From Rebecca billardiae RCC1528 (Eukaryota; Protista; Haptophyta), in assembly GCA_965240325.2 (NCBI GenBank), contig OZ251234.1, positions 1,922,001 through 1,986,000 of the forward strand: DNA of 64,000 bases, given 5' to 3'. Positions within the stretch are counted from its first letter, which is position 1. The number at the start of each line of letters is the position of its first letter. Shown here piece by piece: positions 29,350 to 39,859 of this stretch. Both the position numbers and the translations under genes were made by a program. The notes beneath the pieces were generated by a model. It ran no database searches. It was not told where the DNA came from and saw nothing but the letters and a program-made list of their open reading frames with translations.

Positions 29350-30555
29350 CTACGCGGCTCGCGTGCGCGCCTGAGGGGCGTCCAGCACAATGCGGTTGGT
29401 CTCGCCGTCGATCGAGGACCAGGGCAGCGTGGGCGCGTCCTCCACGCGCGCGCACACCTCGAGCTCCGGCGGGAGCAGCCGCCTCAACCGGTTGCTCATG
29501 CCGCTCGCGTGCTGCACGGGCTCGTCGGGCTCGGCGGGCAGCCGCCAGTTGTGCCGCTTCTCCACCGCCAGCCGGAGGTCGAGCGCGGGGAGGGCGTGCA
29601 CGGAGACGGCGAGCACGGCGTGCCTCGCCACGTCGATCGTGTTCACGCCCCTGGCGGTGCGCGCCGTCACCCACGGCAGGTTGCGCGCCGCGCGCTCGAT
29701 GGCCGCGTCGTCCTCCTCCCCATACACGAGCAGGACTGTGCGCGTGCGTGCGCGTGCGTGCGTGCGTGCGGGCGCGGGCGCACGGAGGGCGGACGGGGGC
29801 GCGGGGCGGCCGGGGAGGGAAGTGAGGCAGGGCGGCGTCGGATGATCGCGGGCAAGCACCACACGCGCGCGCGCGCGCGCGCGCGCGCGACCGGGCCAGC
29901 CGCGCGCCACGCACCCGAGTGCTTGCCCACCTCGAGCCCGAGCCCGTGCGAGCTGAGTCGCTCCTGCAGCCGCGCGGTCTTGTCCACGCCCGCGCTCATG
30001 CCGTCGAGCACGACGAGCTGCCCGGTGCGGTACTTGGTGGAGAGCGCGACCTTGAGGCCGAGCGAGACGATCTTCTTGGGCAGCGTGTAGCTGTAGTCGC
30101 GCGGCTTCGGCGGGAACACCCGCCCGCCGCCCACCCACTGCGGCGAGCGCCTCGAGCCGTGGCGCGCCGCGCCGCGACCCTTCTGCGGGAACGGCTTCTT
30201 GCCCGTGCCCGACACCTCGCCGCGGGTCTTGGCCGAGTGCGTGCCCTGGCGCTGGCAGGCGCGCCACCAGGTGACGACGGTGTGCACGATGTCTGGCCGA
30301 TGCGGCTGCCCCCACACCTCCGGGTTCAGCCTGCAAGGCGAGCGCGCGAGCGCTTTGGCTTAGCGCCCGCAACCGGTGCGCGCACGCCGGCACAGCGCGC
30401 ATCGGCGAGGGCGCGTGCACGTACCGGACCATGCCAGCGCGGGCGTTGTCGTACGTGGACAGCCAGGCCTCCAGGTACGAGCCGCGCCGTGCCGGTACGG
30501 TCGGCGCCAGCGGCGCGCGCCGCGCGACTGATGACAGGGCGCGCCGCATCAGCAT
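29350..30555 (-). CDS. MRPL4: Mitochondrial ribosomal protein uL4m (3 exons; introns 30331-30424 and 29736-29914)
   Basis: RQGTHSAKTRGEVSGTGKKPFPQKGRGAARHGS...GGGRVFPPKPRDYSYTLPKK and AARNLP. Presequence MLMRRALSS. Two GT-AG introns join the frames. Confidence 0.92.
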   Translation of the reverse strand: MLMRRALSSVARRAPLAPTVPARRGSYLEAWLSTYDNARAGMVRYVHAPSPMRAVPACAHRLRALSQSARALALQAEPGGVGAAASARHRAHRRHLVARLPAPGHALGQDPRRGVGHGQEAVPAEGSRRGAPRLEALAAVGGRRAGVPAEAARLQLHAAQEDRLARPQGRALHQVPHRAARRARRHERGRGQDRAAAGATQLARARARGGQALGCVARGWPGRARARARARVVLARDHPTPPCLTSLPGRPAPPSALRAPAPARTHARARTRTVLLVYGEEDDAAIERAARNLPWVTARTARGVNTIDVARHAVLAVSVHALPALDLRLAVEKRHNWRLPAEPDEPVQHASGMSNRLRRLLPPELEVCARVEDAPTLPWSSIDGETNRIVLDAPQARTRAA

Positions 30556-31043
30556 GGCGCCGTCGACGTGCGGGCTTTTCGCCTTTTCCTTCCCTTTTAT
30601 TCCTTTCCCGAAAAAGTCTTTCTCTCAGGTTTTCGGTTTTAACGCGGTGTCCGGATCGGTCCTGACAATCATGACAGTCCGGACTTCGGATCGCGTCCCT
30701 CAACCTCTTATAGGCGGTATTATAAAGTAGGTATACAGATTCCGCTTGCTTACTCAGCTGCTGTATGGCCTATTATTACAAATCAGAGTGCCCTCCCGAC
30801 GACAACCCATATGATCTTCACGAGATGATAGGCGCCGCTTCGAAGATAGAGCCTCTTTGGTCGGCACTCTGGGTGCATCTCGGGGGTAACCTCGTCATCA
30901 TCTGACACGCGGGGGTGCGGGGGACCCGCCCCCCGATATTGGGTGCCGAGAGTGCGCCCAGGACAACTTTTTGCGCGCACGGCCGCGGGCCGCGGCGCAG
31001 CGGCGGCCTCGAGCGCAGCCGAGCGCCCGTTCGCGCGGGTGCC

Positions 31044-32117
31044 ATGTCGACCATGTCAGCCATGCCGATGCCCATCGGCCCCGCCGACGACAACCGCCGC
31101 GCGCTCGCGTTCAGCGCGCCGCGCAAGCGCAAGGGCGGCCGAGATGAGTACTCGACGTCGCCGCCGCTCACGGCCACGCAGGTGATGTCGGCGACGCACC
31201 TGGCGGAGGACGAGAAGGACCACCTGCTTGACGTTCTCGCCAAGGCCGCCGCCGACGGCGCGTACATCACCCATGACGACGCCGACACCGAGCTGCGCGA
31301 GCACGAGTACTGCAAGCACGTCGTCCGCATGCTCGACGTGACGGGCGACGGCATCCTCACGGCGGAGAACATCGAGACGGCGAGCCACCTGCCGGACGAC
31401 GAGAGGGAACACCTTACCGAGGCGCTGCAGCGGCGCGAGGCCCTCGGCGCCGGCCTCACCGCCGAGGAGGCGCACGAGGCGCTCGAGGAGCACCGCGAGG
31501 TCCGCCGGCTGATGCAGGCGCTCGACACCGACGGCGACGGCGAGCTGAGCGAGGCGGACGTGTGCAACCCCGAGGTGCTCGTCTCGGCGGACGCGCGGCA
31601 GCACATCCTCGAGACGCTGCGCAAGGCGCGCGCGCGCGGCCTCGCCACCCTCTCCATCGACGAGGCGCACTCCGCGCTCGAGGAGCATCGCGAGGTCGTG
31701 GCGATTGTGCACGCGATCGACAGCGGCGAGGGCAGGCTGACCGAGCACAACATTGTCGCGGCGGATGGGATCTCGGAGGACGAGCGCGAGCACCTACTCG
31801 AGACGCTCGGCCGCATCAAGCAGTCCGGCCGCGAGCTCACGGTCGACCTCGCGCACAAGGCGCTCGAGGAGCACCGCGAGGTCGTGGCGATCATCACCGC
31901 GATCGACGCGGGCGGAGACGGTCGGATCTCTGCGCACAACGTCGTGGCGGCGGACGTGCCTGCGGCCGTGCGCGGGTGCCTCACGCGCGCGCTCGAGGCG
32001 TCGGCGGGGCGCGGGGCGCAGCTCACGACGCACGAGGCGCACCACGTGCTCGAGATGTGCCGCTCCGAGTGGTCCGACGGCGACCACGGCGTGGCGGCTG
32101 TCTCGCAATGGCAATGA
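31044..32117 (+). CDS. Protein of about 62-aa tandem repeats, each with an EF-hand-like loop
   Basis: Loops DVTGDGILTAEN, DTDGDGELSEAD, DSGEGRLTEHN and DAGGDGRISAHN, with recurring AHxALEEHREV helices. Confidence 0.8.
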   Translation: MSTMSAMPMPIGPADDNRRALAFSAPRKRKGGRDEYSTSPPLTATQVMSATHLAEDEKDHLLDVLAKAAADGAYITHDDADTELREHEYCKHVVRMLDVTGDGILTAENIETASHLPDDEREHLTEALQRREALGAGLTAEEAHEALEEHREVRRLMQALDTDGDGELSEADVCNPEVLVSADARQHILETLRKARARGLATLSIDEAHSALEEHREVVAIVHAIDSGEGRLTEHNIVAADGISEDEREHLLETLGRIKQSGRELTVDLAHKALEEHREVVAIITAIDAGGDGRISAHNVVAADVPAAVRGCLTRALEASAGRGAQLTTHEAHHVLEMCRSEWSDGDHGVAAVSQWQ

Positions 32118-33321
32118 CAGCCAGGCCGCCCGCGCGCCCTGCCGGGGCGCGCGCGCGCCGCGCACACACACCATCATCAGTCATCCCCGACTCGGCCTCC
32201 GCCCACTCCCGGCCGCGCGCCGCGCTACGCGCGCGCATCCGGCGCGCGCTGCTGCGCCTGCGCTGGGTTCCGGCCCGCGCTCGCCGCGTCCTCTCGCGGC
32301 GCGCGCGACTGCCGATCCTGCGCCGCCCGCCGGGCGTGCTCGCAGCGTGTCACCCTCGGGTCCGCCGCGGCCGGGCCTCGTAAGTCGTAACCCTCGTCGT
32401 CCACGGGCCCAGGCTGCCTCGCGAATCCTCACGCACGGTCGGGGGTCGCGCGGGCATGCGCTGCCAACACTTCCCATGTGTTGCCCTGGCGCACGACTGT
32501 GCCGTGACGAACTCAGTCGTCACGCCCACGGTCGTGATTCTAGTCGAACCGTCGAAGTCGAAGCCCGGATCCGACTGTGTAGTGTGTCACTCACTGACTC
32601 ACTGATGGGCAGCTGATGGCCGATATCGCCTGATGCAGCGCTGGCAGCTGCATTGATGACGCGCATATTAAATTTGACACAGAATTCTCCGCGGAAGCGT
32701 CCGCCATGGCAAACGCTATACTCACTTACTCCGCCAAACGGCCGAGGCGGCCCGCGACCCCGCGAGTGGCGAGTTGCCGAGTCCTCGGTGACGGCAACGC
32801 GACCAACGCCGTACGCACTACGCGCCGGCCTTGGGCTTGTTCAGCCAACCATACTACAGTGATGAGTGAACCACGATAACTGGCACACGTTGAAGTAGAG
32901 CACTGGGGCACCAAGTACGGCCACCCGAAGTAGCCAGTAGGCCCGTAGCCCGCGTAGGCCAACGACGCGAGTGATGCAGACTGATGCAGCAGCCACGAAT
33001 GACCCTGCCGTCACAGCCGTGATGACCCTGTCTCGTCCGATTGAACATGTCAGGCAGCCTGGGCTGCTCACATCTAGAGTCGGTCCGCCAGAGTCTGCTG
33101 TCACAGCTGAACGGCTGACGAGTGACGTGACGCCTTACGGAGTCCCTTAACACGCCGTGGCCGTGGGCTGGACTGTCTGCCTGGACACGATCCCGGCCGG
33201 AAGCTCAGCAAGCTCGAAAGCCCTGCCCTTTGGAACCGCGCGTCCGTGCCCACTGGGGAGCCCTGGGCAAACACGCGGTACGCGCGGACGCGCCCGGCCA
33301 CGTCGCCGCTCAACCCCGGCG

Positions 33322-34060
33322 ATGCCGATGCCGCACGCGGGGCGCGGGCGCCCGCACGGGCGCGGCGGGGGCGAGCCCGCGCGCAGACACGTCGACCGCC
33401 CCTCCTCCGAGCTGATCGCGCTCCTCCGGCGCACGCACGCGCTCATGGAGTCGGGCGAGCTCGATCGCGACGACGCGATCACCGTGGAGACGGTGCTGGA
33501 CGAGGTGGCGGGGCACGAGCTGGCGTGCGCGCGGCACGTGTTCTGCAGCCGCGCGGTGGAGGGGCTGCTCAAGGCGAGCGCCGACGCTCAGCGCCGCCGC
33601 TTCTTCCGCGCCCTCCTCGACGCGGCAGACGCGGAGACGCTGATGATTGACCGATACTGCTCGCACCTCGTCGATCTCCTCTGCAATCTCGCGCCCGCCG
33701 AGGGCGTGGCGCGCGGCGGCGGCGGCTCTGGCGCCGGCACGAAGGGGCAGGGCGCCGAGGGCTCGGACTCGGACGAGCCCACGCTGCACCAGCTCGTCGT
33801 GCGCCTCGCCGACGCCCTCGCCGACGACTCGAAGCTGCGGTTTGGCGTGCTGCATGATCGGTATGGCAGCCATGCTGCGCAGACGCTGCTCGCCACGCTC
33901 TCCGCCGAGCCGAGGGCGAAGGCAGCGGCGGCGCCGGGGCGGGGCCCGCCCGCGCCGCCCGCGCGGGAGCCCAAGCCGCCGCGCCGCGTGCCCGCCGAGT
34001 ACCGTGACGCGCTCATGCGCCTCGCCGTGGCCATGGCGCGCGCGGACGCAGCACAGACGG

Positions 34061-34093
<33 letters not shown>

Positions 34094-34152
34094 CGCGCGG
34101 CGGCGGGCGCGGCGGCGGACGCGGCGGGCGCGGCGGGCGCGGCGGGCGCGGC

Positions 34153-34187
<35 letters not shown>

Positions 34188-35796
34188 CGCGGAGGACGTC
34201 GCCGCGCCGCCCTCCGCGCTCGGTGCGCTCGCCTCGCACAGCTGCGCCGGGCTGTGCGTGCACGCCATGCTCTATGCTCTGCGGGCGCTCTCCGCGCCGC
34301 CGTCCGCGCCGGCCGCCGCCGGCGGCGGCGGCGGCGGCGGCGGCGTGGACGTGCTCACGCCCTTCGTGGCCAGCCTGCTGGCGTGGCCGGACGTGGCGGA
34401 GGGCGGCGCGCCGCCCGAGCAGACCGGCCCCGCGGTGCGCGCTTGGGCATGCTCGGCCTCCGCCTCGCGTGTGCTCGAGGCGCTCGTGGAGACCGCGCCG
34501 CCGCCGCTGCTGTCGGCGGTGTACACCCACGCGCTGCGCGGGCACACGCGCGCGCTCGCGCTCGACCGCTGCGCCAACTTCGTCGTGCAGCGCGTGCTGG
34601 AGCACGCGTCGACGCCGGCGCTGCTCGGGCTGCTCCTCGCCGAGCTGGACGACGCCGCGCCGGAGCTCCTCGCCGCCGGCCACGCCGGCGTGATCTGGAA
34701 GCTCGTCGAGGCGTGCGCCCGCGTCAAATCTCGCGAGCGAGATTGCTTCCGGGTCGTGAGCCGGATGCTGGCGCCGGCGAGTGGCTCGGCGGTGACGCTC
34801 GCACCGGCGATGCTCGGGCTCGAGCCGCGGCTGACGGAGGGCGGGCTCGGCGCCGCGCGCGTCACGCAGCTCGGCGCGCGCCTTGCGCAGGCCTGCCTCG
34901 CCCTCCCGCCGCACGCGTGCCAGCCGCTCGTCGCCTCCTTCCACAAAGCGCCGCCGGCCGCGTTCGTTCGCTGGGCGACGGACGTGGCGGGCTCGCGCGC
35001 GCTCGAGGCGCTGTTCAGCGCGCCGGGCTGCCCGGCGGCGGCGCGGGTGCCGCTGGCGCGCAAGCTGAAGGGCGAGGCGGCGCGGCTGGCGCGCGACCGC
35101 TGCGCCTCGCACGTCCTCGAGCGCTGCTTCGCCGCCGTCGACGTCGACGCCAAGCGCACCATCCTCGATGAGCTGGTCGCGGCCGAGCCGGCGCTCGCGT
35201 CGTCGTCGCACGCGGCGCTCGTGCTGCGCCGGCTGCGCGTCTCGGAGTACAAGCGGCGGCGGGGCGAGGTGCTGGACGAGGCCGCGCACGAGGACACGCG
35301 CCGGCGCATGTTTGCGGAGATCCTCGACGACGACGACGCGCCCGCCGCGCCCGACGGCGGAGCCGACGGCGGAGCCGACGGCGGCGCCGAGCGCGCGCGC
35401 GCGACGGCGGGCGGCGACGGCGGCACGGACGCCGCGCTCGCGCGTGCGCGCGAGCTGGGTGGCGGCGCGCTCGACTCGATCGTCGGCGCGCTGGGCTACA
35501 GGCCCACCGACGGCGCGGCGGCCGCGGCCGCGGCGGAGGAGGCCGCGGCCACCGCGGCGCTGTCGCGCCCCGCCGCCGCCGCCACCGCCACGTCCAAGCA
35601 GGCCGCCGCGCACGAGTTTGCGTTCCTGGCCGACGTGCTCGGCGGCGCGGCGAGCGCCAAGGCCAAGCGCAAGTCTCGCAAGCGCAGCCGCGAGGCAGAG
35701 GCGGCGAAGGGCGGTGCGGCGGGCGCGGCGCAGCACGCGGCGGGCAAGGCGTCCGAACGCGCGGCCGCCAACAAGAAGAAGTTCGCCATGTCCTGA
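33322..35796 (+). CDS. NOP9: Nucleolar protein 9 (PUF/Pumilio-repeat, 18S rRNA maturation)
   Basis: PUF-like repeats CSRAVE, YCSHLVD, YGSHAAQ, ASRVLE, ANFVVQ, GSRALE, ASHVLE. RGG insert and basic C-terminal tail. Confidence 0.8.
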
Positions 35797-36906
35797 CCGT
35801 TGCTTGATCTCGCCGTGGCGGCGCTGTGCCTGCTATGACACGAGCCGACCTCGGCACCTGAGCACGCAGGATACTAGCTGGACACGCGTGCGGAGGCGCG
35901 CATGACGGCGCGCTCTGTCCGAAGAGGTGAGCAGGGCGAAAGGGTGCCAGCCACCCGGGCGGCCGCGGACGACTAGCTGTGACACCAGACCACCACTGCC
36001 CAGCCTGGCGCGAATATTATAAGATGACTCTAATATATTATTTGAGTAACTACTACTACGCTGTCTAGCTTAGCCTTGAGTGTCTACTACTGAGTCAGAT
36101 TTCTACTGTCACTCGGCGGTCTCGTTCTGCGTTGAGAACCGGGTGCAGTCTCAGCGCGGTCAGTGCTGCTCAGGGCTGGCCCAAGGCACGGCGAGTGCGC
36201 CGGCGGGCACGGCACGCGGCGTGGGAGGGTACTACGTGCTGTCTAGCATGCGACCAACCACGCGCGCCGTGTCCGCGGCCGCTGCCGCGGGCACAGGCGG
36301 AGCACGCGGCGTGCGCACGCCACGCGCCGAGGCCGGGACGCCGCCAGGAGACTTAGCCTCGGCTGCGCCGCGAGGGCGCACGAGTTGATCGGTAACCAAC
36401 CTCCGCCCGCTCGCGGCACTGGAAGTGCGCGGCCCTGACCACCCTTGCCGGGCCTGTCACTCAGCCCCGCACGATCCAGCTTAGACCAGTCGCGCACGTC
36501 CCGCACGCGTCGTCTCGGGTGGCACGGCAGTCGAGTGAAGCGGCGCGCCGTCAGTCTGTGCGCCGCTGCCCGTGGCCAGGAGGCGGCGCGCACGCGGCCG
36601 CACGCGGCGTCGAGGGTGATGACAAGGCCGGGCCGCGCGACGGGCGTCCCGCTCGATCAGTGCCACTCTAGCTGCGCGCATTCGGAGACAGAGGCGCATA
36701 GCTCCCCAAGCCATGCGGCACAGGTCGATCGCGTACGCCGCAGCGGCGGCGGAAGGCGCGCGCAGGTAATGTGACGGCGGATTCGACTCATTCGAGCGCT
36801 GCTGTGTGCGTCTCTTATTCTTAGCAGTAAACTGTACGCCGCTACCAGTACGTGTACAAGCGCCGGTGCCCAGCCAGTCGCAACGGGCCCGAGCGCGATC
36901 ACGAGG

Positions 36907-39690
36907 CGATTTCCTTTTTATTTTTCTTTTCTTGTCGTCTTTATTTCCCCGGGCACTACTGTCTGTCTACTGAGTGGCGGGCCTACGGCCCGCCATTAAT
37001 AATTAAACTGTGCCCTGGCGGGCGGGGCGGTCGGCGGGCAATGCCAGTGCTGTCGCAATGTTTCCTCTGCGGGTTCGCGCGTGTGTTCACATTCGCTCGT
37101 GGCCGTGGGTGACGGACAGTCCGAGGGCCGCGAGGACCAGTAGTGACACCTGAACGGTTCTCCCACTGCCGCACTGGGACTGGCGTGTACACGTTTGTGC
37201 GCATCAGCGAGGCCCACAGCACCCACGAGGGATTTGCAGCACGGCGATTTCCTTTTTCTTTTTCTTTTCTTATCGTCTTTATTTCCCCGCGGGCGCACTA
37301 CTGTCTGTCCGTACTGAGTGGCGGACCTACGGCCCGCCATTAATAATTGAAACTGTGCCCTGGCGGGCGGGGCGGTCGGCGGGCCGTGCCAGTGCTGTCG
37401 CAATGTTTCCTCTGCGGGTTCGCGCGTGTGTTCACATTCGCTCGTGGCCGTGGGTGACGGACAGTCCGAGGACGAGGACCAGTAGTGACACCTGAAGTTC
37501 GATCTCCCACTGCCGCACTGGGACTGGCGTGTACTACACGTTTGTGCGCATCAGCGAGGCCCACAGCACCCACGAGGGATTTGCAGCACGCGGGGCGGGG
37601 CGGGTAGCCCGTTGCTCCGCGCGAGCGCGTGTACGCGCTGTATGTGCCGCATCTCGACCGCGATGGCGTATTCGAGCGCCTCGCCGCCGACGAAACCGCC
37701 AGAGTAGATCGTGTGCATGTCCTCCTGGCACCGCCAGCCGAGAGCAGTCGTCGCGAGGACGCTTGCCGATGTCCGCTCCGGGCATGATGGACTCGGCGCA
37801 GGTCGCGTTGACATCGTACACTGCCGCCACGCTGAGCGCTAGCGCGTTGACGTTCACACGGTCGTCGCTCTTCGCCTCTTCGACAGGTCTGGCGCCCGCG
37901 TGTTCGGGCGGCACGAGGAGCTGTTGGTTGTGCGCGCGCGCGCGCACAGCGACAGCGTGTGCCACTCGCGATCGAGAGTGGGCACGAGCTGCTCACGCAG
38001 GCACACGAATCGCAGCGCATCCGTCACCGGCGTGACGACTTCCACCTCGTCCCGCAGCGCCTGCGCCATGGGCGAGGATGGCGCGGCGATGTTGCATGCT
38101 CGACGTTTCATCGCTCTGCAGATGGCATCACGGGCTTGTCTGTGTCGCGCTGCGGCGAGGGTCGCCACCTCGCGAAGACGCGGTTGCTGCCACGGCGACA
38201 GACCCGGGAGATGCGTCCGCTGCGCGTCGTACGCCGTTGGCGCTGCGCTTCCGTCGCATTGGTCACCGTCGACGCCATGCACGCCGGACGTGGGCTTCGG
38301 CTGAGGGACCGCGAGCGACGACTGAGTCCGGTGCGCGGATTCCGGCGATCGAGTTCAGAAGGCCGCGCCAACAGTCTGCAGCCGGACCGTACCGGACCAA
38401 CCCCCACCGAGCGTGGAGGGTCTGAGGCCGGAAGGTAGACATGCTTGTGTTTTCATGGGGCGTGGACGGCCGCGACGTGCTCGCGGACCGTGCGAGCCGT
38501 GGCAGGCGTGCGGGCTCGTCGGGGTAGTAATTCGAGTTCCACAAACATGTGGGCAAGCTCAAACCGACGCGTAAGCCGCCTCTCGAGCGCTTCTCCGCGA
38601 TCCTGCACTGGCCATCACAGGTCGCCCGAGATGGCTCCGAAACGCACGCGTGCCCATTTCTCGTGCGCAAACGCGTGCGCGACACCGAAACCGCTGACGG
38701 AGACGCAGGGCCGGAGCACCCGATGCCCGCCGCCCCACCCGCGCGCCCCGCACCACTCCAAGCTCGCCCGCTGCCGAGCCTGGAAGAGGGCTCCCTGCAG
38801 CCACATGCGCAGGAAGACCGTCATCACGCGCAAAACGAGGCCGGCCCGAAAAGCCGACTCCGCAGTCCTGCGCAGCAACTCTCGCTGGTCGTTTTTCGGA
38901 ATTATCCCGGCGGCCTTTTTTCGAGCTTCGAAAAAACCAGCGAGAGTTGCTGCGCGGGACTGAGCAGTCGGCTTTTCGGGCCGGCCTCGTTTTGCGCGTG
39001 ATGACGGTCTTCCTGCGCATGTGGCTGCAGGGAGCCCTCTTCCAGGCTCGGCAGCGGGCGAGCTTGGAGTGGTGCGGGGCGCGCGGGTGGGGCGGCGGGC
39101 ATCGGGTGCTCCGGCCCTGCGTCTCCGTCAGCGGTTTCGGTGTCGCGCACGCGTTTGCGCACGAGAAATGGGCACGCGTGCGTTTCGGAGCCATCTCGGG
39201 CGACCTGTGATGGCCAGTGCAGGATCGCGGAGAAGCGCTCGAGAGGCGGCTTACGCGTCGGTTTGAGCTTGCCCACATGTTTGTGGAACTCGAATTACTA
39301 CCCCGACGAGCCCGCACGCCTGCCACGGCTCGCACGGTCCGCGAGCACGTCGCGGCCGTCCACGCCCCATGAAAACACAGGCATGCGCACTGCTCCGCCT
39401 TCAGACCCTCCCCCGCTTGTCGGGGGGGGTGTCCGGGGCGTAGGTCCGGTCTGCAGACTGGCCGCGCCAAAATTAATCTTGATGCGTCGCGTGCGATGGC
39501 GCTTCCCGCCCGCGAGACACCTCGTGATGAGGGCCTTTCCGCACCGAGCCCGACGCGCGGCGGTGGATCGCGCGAGGTGGTTGTCGTGCGCAGCGCTCGC
39601 TACTATGGCCCGTGCGAGCGCTCGACGTGCAAGTCGGGCGAGGACCGCCCCAGGCCGCACGATCTTGTCGACGCGCCGAGCGTACGGACC
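36907..39690. mobile_element. Head-to-tail array of a hairpin-ended non-autonomous element (copy A) carrying a decayed orphan ORF on the minus strand
   Basis: The end motif TGGCGG(G/A)CCTACGGCCCGCCA joins the start motif AAACTGTGCCCTGGCGGGC through a TAATAAT spacer twice (36995/37005 and 37339/37350). Homologous to 45467-47146 and 61731-63224. Confidence 0.65.
38372..39460. mobile_element. Foldback / Mutator-like MITE, 1089-bp palindrome with 10-bp TSD
   Basis: Termini CAGTCTGCAG...CTGCAGACTG. TSD GCCGCGCCAA (38362-38371 and 39461-39470). About 450-bp near-perfect inner arms. The homologous copy at ~62248-62262 shows the empty site. Confidence 0.88.
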
Positions 39691-39859
39691 GTACGGTCCG
39701 TGCCGGATTAATGACAGTTCACGACATATGCTGAATCGTCGGGCCGCCTTCGCCTCAGACCTGTCAGACCGGTCTGAGCGAGGGGGCGGATTCAGCAAGG
39801 GGCAGCTAGATTCAGACGGTCTGGCCAGTCTGGCCATGCATGTTAAATTCCCCGCATCA

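Noticed and set aside
32650-33150. Short ORFs upstream of NOP9
   Set aside because: No recognisable motif or consistent frame; left unannotated.
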